Positions 13,267-25,862 are shown, counted from the first letter of the whole stretch. The stretch: 63,498 nucleotides of DNA, filler included, from Patellaria atrata CBS 101060 (GCA_010093705.1; 6 parts of 6 records of this genome joined end to end with filler, not necessarily neighbours in it), one strand, 5' to 3'. Notes: a model not told the origin generated them from the sequence alone. A program made the numbers and translations.

Positions 13267-14188
13267 ATGAGTTACGAGTCTATGAAGAATAATCGAGCTA
13301 TTGCTATCCTCGATGCAGCATCCGTTGGGGGTTATGGTGTCCCCGGAATGTGCTGTTACAACACGGAGGGCATCATTGCAACCGTACGGGCTGCTGAAGC
13401 GAAGCGGAGTCCAGCAATGATTCTCCTCTTCCCGTGGGCAATCCACTATGCTGATGGCCTCCTTGTTCATCTTGCTGCTGAAGCCTGCCGAAACGCGAAA
13501 GTACCAGTGACTCTACACATGGACCATGCACAGGACCCGGAGATCATAATGCGTGCTGCAGAACTAGGGGGGTTTGATAGTATCATGGTTGACATGAGCC
13601 ATTATGAGAAAGAGGAAAACTTAAGATTGACAAAGGGGTTGACGGAATACTTGCACGAAAGGGGAATCGCTACTGAAGCAGAACCTGGCAGAATTGAAGG
13701 GGGGGAGGATGGAGTTAAAGATACTGCAGACCTTCAAGGCATTCTAACTACTCCAAAACAGGCCCAAGAGTTTGTAGACACTGGTATCGACTGGCTTGCA
13801 CCCGCATTTGGTAATGTTCATGGGAATTATGGCCCTCGCGGTATACAACTGGAGTTCGACCGGCTGAGTAGTATCAACAAAGCAGTAGGGCAGAAAGTGA
13901 GATTAGTACTGCACGGCGCAGATCCTTTCACGCAAGAGATCTTCCAAAATTGTATTGGGTATGGGGTGTCCAAGATAAATATCAACAAAGGTGGAATCCC
14001 ATACTATATCAATCGTCTGACAACTACTAATATACCATAATACAGTTCTAAACAACGAGTACATAAGGGTGCATCAAGAAAAAGCGGGCAAAGCACCACT
14101 GACCTCTGTCATCGAAGACGCTACCAATGCGATGCAAAAAGCAGTTGAACGCTGTATAGATATGTTAGGCTCCGCGGGAAAAGTTTAA
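13267..14188 (+). CDS. class II (Zn-dependent) ketose-bisphosphate aldolase family protein
   Basis: Motifs HMDH, EAEPGRIEGGED, GNVHG, VLHG, KININK. One intron (~13991-14045); last exon ends ...MLGSAGKV*. Confidence 0.9.
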
Positions 14189-15490
14189 GTTACCTACTTA
14201 ACCAATCGTATTAGGTAAGATTAATCTGGGAAAGAACTGAGTTCACATTATCCGCTTCTGCAAGTATGCTATTTTGAGAGCAGTCCGTTACTAGAAATTC
14301 TTCAGACCGTTTTATACATGCGTTATTAACCACAATTTGAAAGACTTTGGCCTTCCTTAAGATTCACGCACGGCAAACCAGTCTTCATTCCTAAGTTACG
14401 AGGATAGTAGTCACGCTAATCAAGAGTGATCTTCTACACTCCCAAGTTGTTATAGCTCAATGTTAACTGGAAGCTACTTAAGCGGATCATTCTAAGTTCT
14501 TGAGAATCATGGTACGGCCCTTGGTTCGGTTCAATTCGTACTGAGGACTTGGAAATACAACAGTTAAACAAGGTGCATAGTGCATTGGATCTGTTGATAT
14601 GGATTAAAGAGAAAGTATTATACTGAAGGATTCTCAAAGACCATTGCAACGAGTACGCCAGCTGGAGCATTTAGAAGTAAATGTTTGCACCCCTTGATAT
14701 CGATACACCTATCTACGCACCTAAGCTTTAGAGAACGAGCAGGAAAGATCACTCAATGACGAAGTCTAGAACAATGCCTCGACGTCCTCTTCATACAGAT
14801 ATCAACGGAAGGGTATATGTTAAGATTCAGGGGCTCAAGGACTTAATACCCAGAATGGTTGGTGTGTCTTAATTCTCTATTTCTCTACCTCTATACCTCT
14901 ATACCCCACTGAGCCCTATCTGTTTAGCAAACATACGGCAGTTGTACCGTTTATCATGGCTATCCAATATCAGGGAAGACAACGATTGGTGAGTAATATA
15001 GGCTAAGTTAAATTTCAAGGTGGGGAGCGATCCCTTTGACCACATTGCAGCAGATGCTAGAGATTGACTAGGTTACATATGAAGCTCACGCATGCTCGTA
15101 TAGATTCAACTGCTCTCACTCAGCTATTGGAACCAATGGGCATCTCACTGATATTAATCTGATTGGCCGTGATGCAGTCGAAATGCAGAACCTAGGACGT
15201 CCCCTCAACGGACACCATCTCCATACGACGAGATGTACAGAGTTTACAGTACATGAGGAATGGATAATTATATGATCTTAGTTACCGACCATTTTTCTTT
15301 TTAAACTGGGCCAACTGTCATCCTCTCGCTGTTGAAGTCCGGTCCTACGAGCTTGGAGGGCCGCAGTGTTATCGCTGGTCTTTCTTAAGCAAACAACAGC
15401 GATTATATCGCAGATTTTATACGGGCCTCTCATTTCTTGTTTCCCACTGTAGTCTCCAGTGCATAGAGCATTAACTCCTCGAATTCGAAG

Positions 15491-17580
15491 ATGGGTATCA
15501 GTACGGAACGAGCTACTCCCATCAAAGAAAATTGGAAATGCATTATCATCTGTCTGGCTATGTCCTTGGCTAACTGTCAATATGGGTACGAGCTGTAGTA
15601 GAACTTTAAGGCTCTGATATTTGCTTACGGCACAGGTATGACACGGCTACAATTGCTGGTTTTCAGGCCATGGTTGGCTTTCTAAAAATCTACGGTTTCA
15701 AAGACCCACAGGCAAAGATCGGATGGAACATTCACAGTGAGAAGTGCATTCCCTCCAACAATCGCGATGGCTGAGCAAGTCCTCAAGCAACGCCGCAGCA
15801 GCTCATCAGTTCATTTTTGAATATTGGCACAATTATTGGTGTTGTCCTTACACATTCATGGGGCCGCCGGTTCGGTCGAAGACAGTCAATTTGGCTCGCA
15901 TCATTTATCTCTTTTATTGCTGCAGGCCTTCAGGTCGGGACAGTAAATCTTGCAGGTTTATATATCGGGAGAATTTTGATTGTCAGTGCATTCATGACCT
16001 TTACAGACCTCGTACTACCCTCACTAGTTACATGGCTGTGCTAACGAAATTCAACAGGGGATCAGTAACGGTTTCTTCATTACCTTCGCCAACGTATACA
16101 CTGCAGAAGTTAGTCCAGCACATCTTCGAGGTGCAATCGTATCGTTCTTCGGTGTTTGGGTAAATATTGGGAGTATGCTCGGTGCAGTTGCGAACAACTT
16201 CTCTAAGGACTATACGTATGATTCCGATTACAAACATTTAAATCTCAGATGTATTAATTACCCTTCTAGAAATAAACTTGCTTACCAAATTCCTCTTGCG
16301 AGCCTGTACGCGATACCGTTCTTCCTCAGCATTCTCGTATTTTTCCTCCCAGAGTCACCCAGATGGCTTTTAATGCAAGAAAAACCGGATGACGCTAAAA
16401 AAGCACTTGAAAGGCTTCGTGGAAGTTCCTTCAAGAGTAGACCGGAATTACTGGAGGAGGAATTTCTTGAGATGAGTCGAGGTATCCTCGAAGAGAAAGA
16501 ACTGGCAACTGGCTCCTCTTTCAAAGACATGTTTAAGGGCACCGATCTGAGAAGAACAATCATATGCTTTGCAGTCATTCTCAGTCATTCGAGTTCTGGC
16601 GTATGGCTCATTATCGGCTATGGGGTAAGTCACAGCACACTATGCCTTGCCAGACAGTTCATGCTGACGGGGTCATTAGACCTTCTTCTTCCAGATGGCA
16701 GGAGTAAATAAACCTTTTTTTGCAACTATCATTAAATCTTTGATGGGATTCTTAGGCGTATGTCTCGGTATTGCACTGAATTACAAATCTATCGGGAGAC
16801 GATTTAGCATGCTGATCGGTCATGGCGGTGCTGCGCTATTTATGCTTGGTATGGGCATCGCTCAAACTGTAGCTCCTCAAACACAAGAGGCTGGAAAAAC
16901 CATTGTAGCATGTGCTCTGATGTATCACTTTGTTTACAATGGATTCTCCGGCGCGGTCAGCTGGCCAATAGCAAACGAAGTGGTGAGCTCTCGGCTGAGG
17001 GTCATCACTATAGGGGTTGGGACCGGTGTCAACTACGTCTTGTAAGTGGCGACTCGTACTCATGCGATAATGAAATTAGATGCTAATATATCATTTAGTG
17101 CTTGTATGTGGCCCTTGGCCCTCTATCACGGAATAGAGAAGTGTACTAACAAGAGTTTTAGGGTGCACGAGTTTTACAGCCCCTTATTTCATCAATTCTA
17201 AAGAACTCAATTGGGGTGCTAAATATGCATATGTTTGGGCAGTATCCAATGCTATTACTTTCGGTGAGTCTTTTGCATACTAAATTCCAGCACTCATTCT
17301 CACTTCTACCAGTGTACTTCTATGTCTTTCTTCCCGGTAAGTCCTCGCATTTACAGATGTTCAGCAATCACTCATTTTGGCCTAAGAAATGCGTAACCGC
17401 TCACTCGAGGAAATTGATGAGCTTTTCCATAACGAGGTTCCAAGGCGCGACTTTCCTAAGTATCAATGTGCTTCCTCAACGCAAGCCAGAGAGCTTGCTC
17501 TCAAAAATACAGGTGTGGACGACGGTACCGACGAGAAGGAAAAGCAACCGAAGGTTGAACAGAGAGAACTTGCTGCGTGA
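15491..17580 (+). CDS. MFS sugar porter (alpha-glucoside/maltose permease-like), multi-intron
   Basis: Spliced exons give CQYGYDTATIAGFQAM, RFGRR, YTAEVSPAHLRG, PESPRWL, EVVSSRLR and RNRSLEEIDELF sugar-porter signatures. Confidence 0.9.
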
Positions 17581-18264
17581 GATGCACGGGAATGGGGAGT
17601 ATTCCGTAGTAGGAACTAGATTAGTTCTAATGTATACATGAGTAATGAAATCGACCCTCTACAGGGTTAGCACTCTGTTGTCTATAGTTAAATTATGAAT
17701 TGCACGTGTATGAATCTATAAGGATATAGCATTTGAAAGGAGAAATTTTAAACCGTGTAAACATAACATATTAATCAGTCAATCACTGTCGCATTCTTTG
17801 ATGGCAACCCTTATTAAGCTCTTACCTTGTAAGGTTGGTTGTAATTATCTGTTACTTCTTACAATACATCCCAGCCTTTAGCGATAAAACGGTAGAGTAC
17901 TATGTACGTTATGATAGATTTGGTGAACACAAAAAGTTGTTCTAATTGGCTTCTATATCTTAACGTGCTGACTCAAAAACCAAAAACATATCTGACTCGA
18001 GTTTCTGAGATAAATAACAACTTTTCCTATTTGGTTGTAGGGATACGAGCAAGGGTCAAAATACATCGAGCAGAGCAGTTAGAGCTCTACCTTACACGCA
18101 CACCCAGACCATTCACGTCTCCCATCTCCGCAATCTACTCCACCTTTTTCGTCTATACCCATCTGCACTTAATCTTCAACTTCTGATTAGGCTGGCAAAC
18201 GAGGTTACGCTCTGCAACTCTCCCCTTCAGCCCGGTCCGGAATCAGAAACCTCCACCATCCACC

Positions 18265-19479
18265 ATGTCTCTCAGCGAAAAAAATGGTGCGCTGGAGTTG
18301 ATCACAGGTAATGCTGTTGCGCAGAGCTTGAATAATCTTTATACATCATTTCACGAGCGAAGAGACTCATTAGGGTTGTCTAATCCCGGCACCGTCGAGA
18401 ATATCGCAAAGGAGGTTTCTCGCGATGTATTTCTGAACAACCTCTCGTTCTCCGGGCTTCGAGCCGACCTCACAAAAGCATTCAGCGTAGCCCCTTTATT
18501 TCAGATTTCGCATGCATTGTCAATGGGATCGCAGGGTCTCCCGCCATACACCTACTCTGTTCTCTATGGTTCTTCTAAGGTCAGTGATGGCTCGCGATAT
18601 GGATGCTAATATCCGTGAACTTTTCGCTGACACCCTCTTAGGTTTTCATGCAAGCCTCTTTAGATAACGAGCTATCCCTCACTGGGCGTTTCAACTACCG
18701 CTGGAATCAAGGTTTGGTAACTAAAACATCAACGCAGATGCAAGGAGGTCAGGCTATGTTCTCTATCGACAATGACTACACCGGCTCCGATTTCTCCGCA
18801 TCGCTCAAAGCCATGAACCCTAACATTCTTGATGGTGGAATCACCGGTATTTGGGTCGGGAGCTGGTTACAGAGTGTGACTCCCCGTTTAGCACTGGGGA
18901 TCGAGGCCGTCTGGCAACGCCAAACTGTTAATATGGGCCCGGAAATGGCCTTATCCTATGCCGGGAAATACAAGGGAGATGACTGGACCGCAAGTGCTCA
19001 GTTATTATCGCAAGGAGCGGTGCAGGCAACGTACTGGCGCAGGCTGATGGATCGTGTTGAGGTTGGTGCAGATTGCACTCTTTCGTTCGCAGGTCTTGGG
19101 ATTGCAGGATCAGGTGCATTGATGGGCGGGGGGATAAGAAAGGAAGGCGTCGCGACGCTAGGTGCGAAGTACGATTTCCGCACTCAGTCTTCTTTCAGAG
19201 CGCAGATCGACAGTCAGGGGAGATTGGGTGCGTTATTGGAGAAGAGGGTTGCACCACCAGTATCAGTTACATTTGCGGGTGAGATCGATCATGCCAAGGT
19301 AAACCGCGTTCCTAATTTTTTTTACATGCCCAATAACTTTACGAATATGGGGGGATAGTAAGCTAACTGTGCTACTACAGAATACCGCGAAAGTGGGTCT
19401 GGCGGTCTCAATCGAAGCGGCTGGAGAGGAGGTCATGGAACAACAGGAGACCATGGCACAAGTCACTCCTCCCTTCTAA
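18265..19479 (+). CDS. tom40: mitochondrial outer-membrane import channel Tom40
   Basis: [22 protein letters not shown], beta-strand barrel pattern, [11 protein letters not shown]-terminal [13 protein letters not shown]...PPF*. Introns about 18580-18641 and 19299-19380. Confidence 0.96.
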
Positions 19480-20045
19480 TGCAATCCTACTATGATCCTC
19501 GTCCCGTTCTTCCTCCATCCTTCACGACGTCTTCGCAAGCATCTGGAACGAGCGCCATAACTTCTCAACTCTGTATTATCAGTATCACGGACTAACGGTC
19601 AAGCCCGTTATATAAAATTTCTGCTTTAAACATGGCGACGAGGGTGCTTGGGTTAATTCGAATAGCTACGACTTCGTTGTTAACAGTAGACGTCTGAATA
19701 ATTTCGCGGTAATACTCTCTAGACCCTTTTTCTGCAGAGCACAAGAGCGAAGGGTTGCGTAGTGTTGTGCATACTGTAAATATAGCATAATGCAATCGAT
19801 GGTCGTGGGAAACTCTTCTACTCCAGACTTAATTATGTGCAATTCGCTTGTCCAACAAGTAGGTGCCCGAGTCCTCCGTAACATTCATGCATTACAAACT
19901 GTTCCTTAAGAAGAGAGTTGGGAAAATTTGATTTACAGTACAGGCATGATAGTATTTACAAAAGGGATATTATAATACCACTGAAGCCTCTTATCCCTCA
20001 CCAACATTCACCCCATCCCGCTTATTTTCACCATTACTGTTTGAA

Positions 20046-20636
20046 TTACAAGGGTGTTCGCGCCTGTTGTTGTCCCGTTTGTGCGCTCGGTGTCAAAACC
20101 TGCAATGAGACCCATTAGTTTCATCGTTCTTCCCTCCGATATTCGTAGTACCTATCCAATGCAACTACACATATGGCTTAGTATCCAAATTAATCCAAAC
20201 TTACATCATTAGCACTCTGCTGCAACTTCATCTCCCGCTCCATTTCCACCATCTGCTGCTCCTCCGCATAAGCCAACGCCCATGGCACGCCCAGTAGTAG
20301 CGCGCTCGTGCTCAGCACCCACAATGCTTTCCCCGTCGTGAGGACTCCTGATTTCAGCCAACCGGATGCGGAGGAGTAAGTACTGGTGAGAAAACGGCGC
20401 TGCGAAGGGGGAATGATGTCTTGCAGCGCGGCGAGCCGCTCGGAGAGGGTCTCTTCGGGGGGGTCGGAGACTGCAGATTCGATGTCGGAGTCTAGAAGAA
20501 CCGGTTAATCGGATGGAACAAGGAAGGTAGGAGAATGAAAAGTACCAGAGTCGGTATCCCAGTCATCGGCGTCGTCGATGACGTTAGGATGTTCCGTGGT
20601 GAATTCCTCGTCTGGGACTTCTTCTAGCTTGACCAT
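20046..20636 (-). CDS. tom22: mitochondrial import receptor Tom22 (not in ORF track; 3 exons)
   Basis: MVKLEEVPDEEF, acidic DDADDWDTDSDSD, ETLSERLAALQDIIPP, TM segment GKALWVLSTSALLLGVPWALA, EEQQMVEMEREMK; last exon VLTPSAQTGQQQARTPL*. Confidence 0.93.
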
Positions 20637-21162
20637 TCTGAGCGGATGAAGAGGGACGGGTTTGAAGCTCTTAATGGAAGCTGGTTGTGGGACTTAAATG
20701 GTGTTGAAGTTATGCTAGTTAGATAAGTATGATATTTTGGAGCTATTCGAGATTATTTGCGGCGCGAGGATTGGGGTTCAAGCCAGTTTGTCCGGAGCAA
20801 TATTTTGCCGATTCCGACACCCATCTTCGCCAACCTAGCTTTCATTGTGTTTCATAGTGAAGATTGCTCATGGTGTATTTGGTTGGAACATACAAGGGAC
20901 TTTTGTATGGCATTGTAGAAGCTCGTTTGAGCCGCACTCACTCTTACCGGATAGCTATAAATGAGATCGATTCATAGTAGTTCATCAGAGGACACTAACA
21001 ACCTATGCACGAATGGACGACGATAGTGAAGAGACAATTTCCCATTCGTAGTCAATAAAAAGAAGATATCAATACAATGAAAGCAGGATCATGAATGTCA
21101 ATAGTTAAACTGTCCAATCCAAGATTGACCTTGGGCAAGAACCACTTCCCCGGGTATGGCAT

Positions 21163-22437
21163 TTACTCCTTATGCTTGCTCCCGATATGGAGCTTATCCT
21201 TGATCTTGGTTCCTAGACTGACTTTGCCCGAATCATTTGGATCTTTAGGAATGGGGTCACCCGCTTCACGATGAATTCCTTTCTCTTCGAGAAGACCTAC
21301 ACGGTTTGATTAGCACCTACGCCGTCAGCCTGTGAACACTCTGTTACTTACGATCCGCTTCCATGCCTGCACCAGGCTTGGTCGCGTCAAAGTCTCCACC
21401 ATCAGCCTGTAACCCGGTGCTCTTGACATATTCTTGCCCTGTGCCCTTCTCCTTGCCACGTTCTCCACCTCCAGGTTGGCTTGCGATGCTCTTCCTTCTC
21501 TCGTCATCAATGTTGTGCATCCTCAGAGGCTCGCCGCTATGATCATTAGGGTCTTTCTTGAACTGGAGCTCTTTATTATTGTCATCTCCATCTGACGGAG
21601 CTTCCGTTGGCCTATCACCTCCTTGCTGCTTCTGCTTTGGCGCCACACCAGAGTCAGGGGCTGCACCAACGCTCGGTTCGACCGTGCCGAACGCACCAGT
21701 TTTACTGCCGGATTCATTTGCAGCGTCGGATGAGTGTGCGGATGTCACACCGGTGCCTGGTGTCTCATGGTGTATTCGAGGGTCACCTCCGCGATTGATA
21801 CCCGTACCTGTATCAGAGGGTCCATGTGGAGGGTTTGAGGAGCCGGTGGTAGGATTTGAAGAACCGGTGGTGGGATTTGAAGAACCGGTGGTTGGATTGG
21901 AGGCACCCGTCGTGGGATCTGACGTGGGGCCAGTAGTATCAAGAGACTTGACGGTTGAATCGGAGGATTCGACGGTCGGACCTGATGAGCTGCCAGTAGG
22001 GTCTGAAGAGCTGGTGGTAGAATGGGAACTAGGAGCGCTGGTGGAGTCTTTGATGTTCTCTGATGTGTGACTATGTTAGCAAGATGTTGGACAGAACGAA
22101 TATCTATAGATGGAATGGCTGAAGGGATTGTTGTATTCTAAAAGTGACTCGTAGAAAGCAGATAACACGTGTAACGAGGTAAGGTGTGTACCAGATTAAA
22201 TACCACATTAATATAGCGAGAACTCATCCTGAGAAGTTGTAGATAGATAGAAAGTAGGTGCTGGTATTGGGAGCGGAATATGCGACAACGAAGAAGTAAT
22301 ATTGGCGACATGTACTTGCCTGACTCATTTCCGGCATCGTAAGCTTGTTCCCCACGCTGTCCAGAGATGGGTTCTTGACCGGACTGATCTTCAGCCTTAC
22401 CAAAGATGGCTGTCTTGACTGTGTTGAGAGTTTCCAT
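21163..22437 (-). CDS. hydrophilic Gly/Ser/Thr-rich fungal stress/conidiation-type protein (3 exons, long first intron)
   Basis: Exon 1 METLNTVKTAIFGK...SGQEPISG...YDAGN; conserved-looking GTGQEYVKSTGLQADGGDFDATKPGAGMEADRLLEEKG; C-terminal SLGTKIKDKLHIGSKHKE*. Confidence 0.75.
21829..21920. repeat. 21-bp coding tandem repeat (~4 copies; SSNPTTG units on the - strand)
   Basis: GGATTTGAAGAACCGGTGGTG-like unit repeated with variants. Confidence 0.85.
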
Positions 22438-23181
22438 GTTTTTTGTTGTACGTTATGAAGGTCTTGGGTTAGATTAAGTATAAGGTGACGGGAAGGTAGG
22501 GTAGTTGAGTTGTGTAAGAGAGTAACTTTAGGTTAATGGAAAGAGAAGTTGGTCTGGTATTATAAGGAACTTGTATCTATGTCATTCAATAGAACGCAGA
22601 TCCCATATGACGTCCACCTTTAGGCAGTTGCCCCTCACCTGCTACCTTCCGATGTACAAAAGAAAGGAAGGTTCAACCGTCCACGTCACTTCTAGGATAA
22701 GTTACTACCTACTAGTGTAAGTCCTCCACTGTACATCACTAAGGTAGCATAATAAGGCTACCTTACATCATCCGGGTTATCAAAGGTGATAAGGTAATAT
22801 ATAAACCTTAAGATATTTACGGCGTCTGCTTCTATTGCTTGTACCTTATCATACCCTATCGTTAAGGTAAAGTGAATACTTTTATTTATACCGTACTGTA
22901 CTGTACACTACCTTACCTAATGCCCAAGAGTGTGCTGAGCAATCGGCATCTGATAATAGGACTGTGAGTAATTCAAGTTAGTACTTTTGTAGATAATGGA
23001 AAGCTCGCGGTATGTAAAAGAGTTGACGCTGGTGGATGGATTGACGTCATAGCGTAGTAGATAAATTTATAACCTAATCTCGTTACACTTGAAAAGAGAC
23101 TAAGGTACCTTTTAGTTCTATTATAAGATAGTGTTATGGCCATAAAACGGTGGGGGTATATTACTAATAAAGATAGCACTA

Positions 23182-24212
23182 ACGTGCTTTACCAGTCAGT
23201 GGGACACACCAGTCAGTGGGACATCCCACCAAAACCACCCCACGTCTTCAACAAAATCAACAATGCCACTAACACAGAACCTTCAGAAGCTCCGGCAAGA
23301 AGGTAGATTACTTATTGCTACTAAGTCGCTTCAAGAAAACAGAATTTCAAGTGTCCGGAAGGCCGCCGGATTGTACGATGTTCCAAAGTCTACTCTCCAT
23401 CGTCGCGTACATGGCATAACACCTCAGAGCGTGTCTAATTCGCAAAAACAAAAGCTACAGCTATCTGAGCAGCAGGCGCTCGTAGAATGGGTCCTAGATC
23501 TCGACCGACGCGGATTTCCGCCCCATATCATCGACGTACGACGAATGGCAGACCATTTACTCGCGGCACGCGGCCAGAATCCTCCTCCCACACCCGTTGG
23601 TAAGAACTGGGTATGCCGCTTTATCAACAACCAGCCAGACCTACAGACAAAATGGAATAGGAAGTTCCATTCTCAACGCGCGAAATGCGAAGATCGAGAC
23701 ATATTTCGCGAGTGGTATGGGCGTGTAAACGAGACGCGCCAGAAGTATGGCATCCTAGACGAAGATAGCTACAACTTTGACGAGACTGGATTTATGATGG
23801 GTGTATCTGCGACATCAAAAGTCGTTACAAGCTCTGATACTATAGGCCGAGCAATTCTCATACAACCAGGCAATCGCGAATGGTCAACGGTGATTGAATG
23901 TATTAATGCCACCGGGTGGGCAATCCCGCCCTTCGTTATCCTTCCAGGAAAGCTCCACCAGTCAAGCTGGTATCAGGATCTACCCGGTAACTGGATGCTC
24001 GCTGTTAGCGATAATGGCTGGACAATAAATAAGTTAGGATTCGAATGGATTAAGCACTTTAACAACTATACAAAGTCTTATATAAAGGGGATCTACCGTC
24101 TACTTATACTTAACGGTTATAGTAACCACGTAACGCCTAAATTTAACTAATACTATATAGAAAATAAGATTATTACCCTCTATATATTATTATATACATT
24201 ATATCGTCTTTA
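23182..24212 (+). mobile_element. Fot1/pogo transposon, 5' part (HTH_psq, CENP-B HTH, DDE start), RIP-damaged and interrupted
   Basis: TA|ACGT terminus with 17-bp tandem ACCAGTCAGTGGGACAC; ORF 23263-24150 with YNFDETGF, QPGNREW, SDNGWT. The 3' end is RIP-degraded (LILNGYSNH for LILDGHGSH). Confidence 0.93.
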
Positions 24213-24533
24213 TGTGAGATTGTGGGTAACTGAATGTAGTCGCTTGATTCTCCGTACAACTACGGATTCTATCTAGTGTTTATATAATGACAGACCACCT
24301 TATTGATTAACCCTTTGACGTCACGAAGCCTAGCTACGTAATCTCCAAATCAAGGCGAACATAACGATACTACCTACGTCAGATATAAAATAAGAGATGA
24401 CATCAAAAGAGTGAGCTAATGTTATAGTTTTGGTGATACTTAACCGATAAGTCGGAGCTGAGCATTTAGCTCTGAAGATCTCCAACACGAACTCCTGGAG
24501 ATCCTGACGATCTTCCAACATAAGGCTATCGGG
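24213..24533 (+). mobile_element. putative Ty1/Copia 5' LTR (TG...CA, ~308 bp) plus PBS-like start, inserted into the Fot1 element
   Basis: Fot1 homology stops abruptly at TGTGAG. The segment ends TTCCAACA (24520), followed by TAAGGCTATCGGG, which resembles the GGTTATG/CGGG PBS of fungal copia elements. Cut by a gap. Confidence 0.4.
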
Positions 24534-24660
24534 NNNNNNNNNNNNNNNNNNNNNNNNNNNNNNNNNNNNNNNNNNNNTTAATTAATTAANNNNNNNNNNN
24601 NNNNNNNNNNNNNNNNNNNNNNNNNNNNNNNNNCCCCCCCCCCCTTAACCACATAACACC

Positions 24661-25862
24661 ATGGCTTCGATCTTGTCCGACGGAAAAGTCAAGATCCTTG
24701 AGACCGTCCTTTCGACGGTCTCAAGCGCTTCCCTACTCTGTACGTTGGCGCTGCTCTTCACCTTCTTCCACGCGGCCGGATACAAGCAAAAGCCCATCAA
24801 CCGCATGCACATGTGGGCGTCGTGGGCCAACATCCTGGCCAACGTCGCAACGGTGACATCGGTCTCTGGGATCGCGGCAGGCGAATACTCCCCTACCCGC
24901 CGCGCCCAAGCTACGATGATCCAGTGGTAAGAATTCACCTCCAAAGTCGTCTTTGAGTGCCGCCCTGTGAGTACAAGTGTTGGGAGAATAGCGTATTGAC
25001 GTTGAGTAGGTTCGTGCCTGCGGATCTCCATTGGGCGTTCCGAATAGCGTTGAATGTCCACGGTACGTTCAAGAACTGGCTCGACGCAGAGCAAATGCGT
25101 CGAAGGGAGATCTGGTACTGCTGCTGCTGCTACAGCCTACCAGGCCTAGCGGTGTTGATACTCCTGAATGCTTTTAGCCCCTTTCTACGGTCTGGTCTGG
25201 TACGCTAGCCCCCGCTCCCCGAACCATCGTGCTCGCCGTTACTCACAAGGAGATTTAGGGTGTTCATCCTACTCACCATGGGCATCTACCTTCAGACCGG
25301 CCGCCATATGTTCAATCAAAGGACGCTTCTGCAGTCGTTCGGTCGGAACGAGCTCGGCTCTCGCATACGCCCGAGCCTCTTCCTCGGCCAGCTAGTCGTC
25401 TGGGTAAGTCCGACCCCACACTCCCATCCCTTCTCCCTACCCGCACACTCCCACACTTCGAACCCCGCCCCCCTCGGTACGAACACTCGCTAACCCACCT
25501 CCCAGATTCCCTCGACAGCCCACCGCGCCCAATCCCTCGCGACGACCGGTGAGCCGTCGTACGGGCTCAGCGTCGCAGCCGCCCTCGTCCTCCCGGCCCA
25601 GGGCGTCTGCAACGCGGTCTTGTACTTCGTCGCGAACCGGAACTTAGTACGGGGAGCGTGGGGCCGTGTGTTCGAGCCTCGCGGGAGGACAGGAGACGCT
25701 GCGGGGTCGACCGGAAGGATGGAACTCGTTGCCCTACCGGCTGCGGCGAGGAATCGTGGGGTTGCGAGGCCCCAGTTGGCGGAGGAAGAGGTGGATGCGC
25801 ACGATGGAGATGCGTGCTCGTCGACTGTTAACCTGACGTACCCGCCGCGCTCGTACCGGTGA
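24661..25862 (+). pseudogene. cAMP-receptor-like (CRL/Dicty_CAR-type) 7TM GPCR, probably frameshifted
   Basis: KPINRM, QWFVPADLHW, EIWYCCCCYSLP, FYGLVW, WIPSTAHR and LVLPAQGVCNAVLY motifs over 4 exons. TM4 and TM5 are in different frames near 25165 and the ECL2 WCW loop is absent. Confidence 0.7.

Noticed and set aside
21558..22070. 170-aa + strand ORF with EEPVVGF repeats
   Set aside because: Antisense shadow of the - strand gene's 21-bp repeat exon.
24534..24633. TTAATTAATTAA palindrome inside N-runs (also ~35373, 44152, 49315, 62119)
   Set aside because: Identical six-frame-stop linker inserted by the assembly pipeline. Not biological, and it means contig adjacency is unverified.
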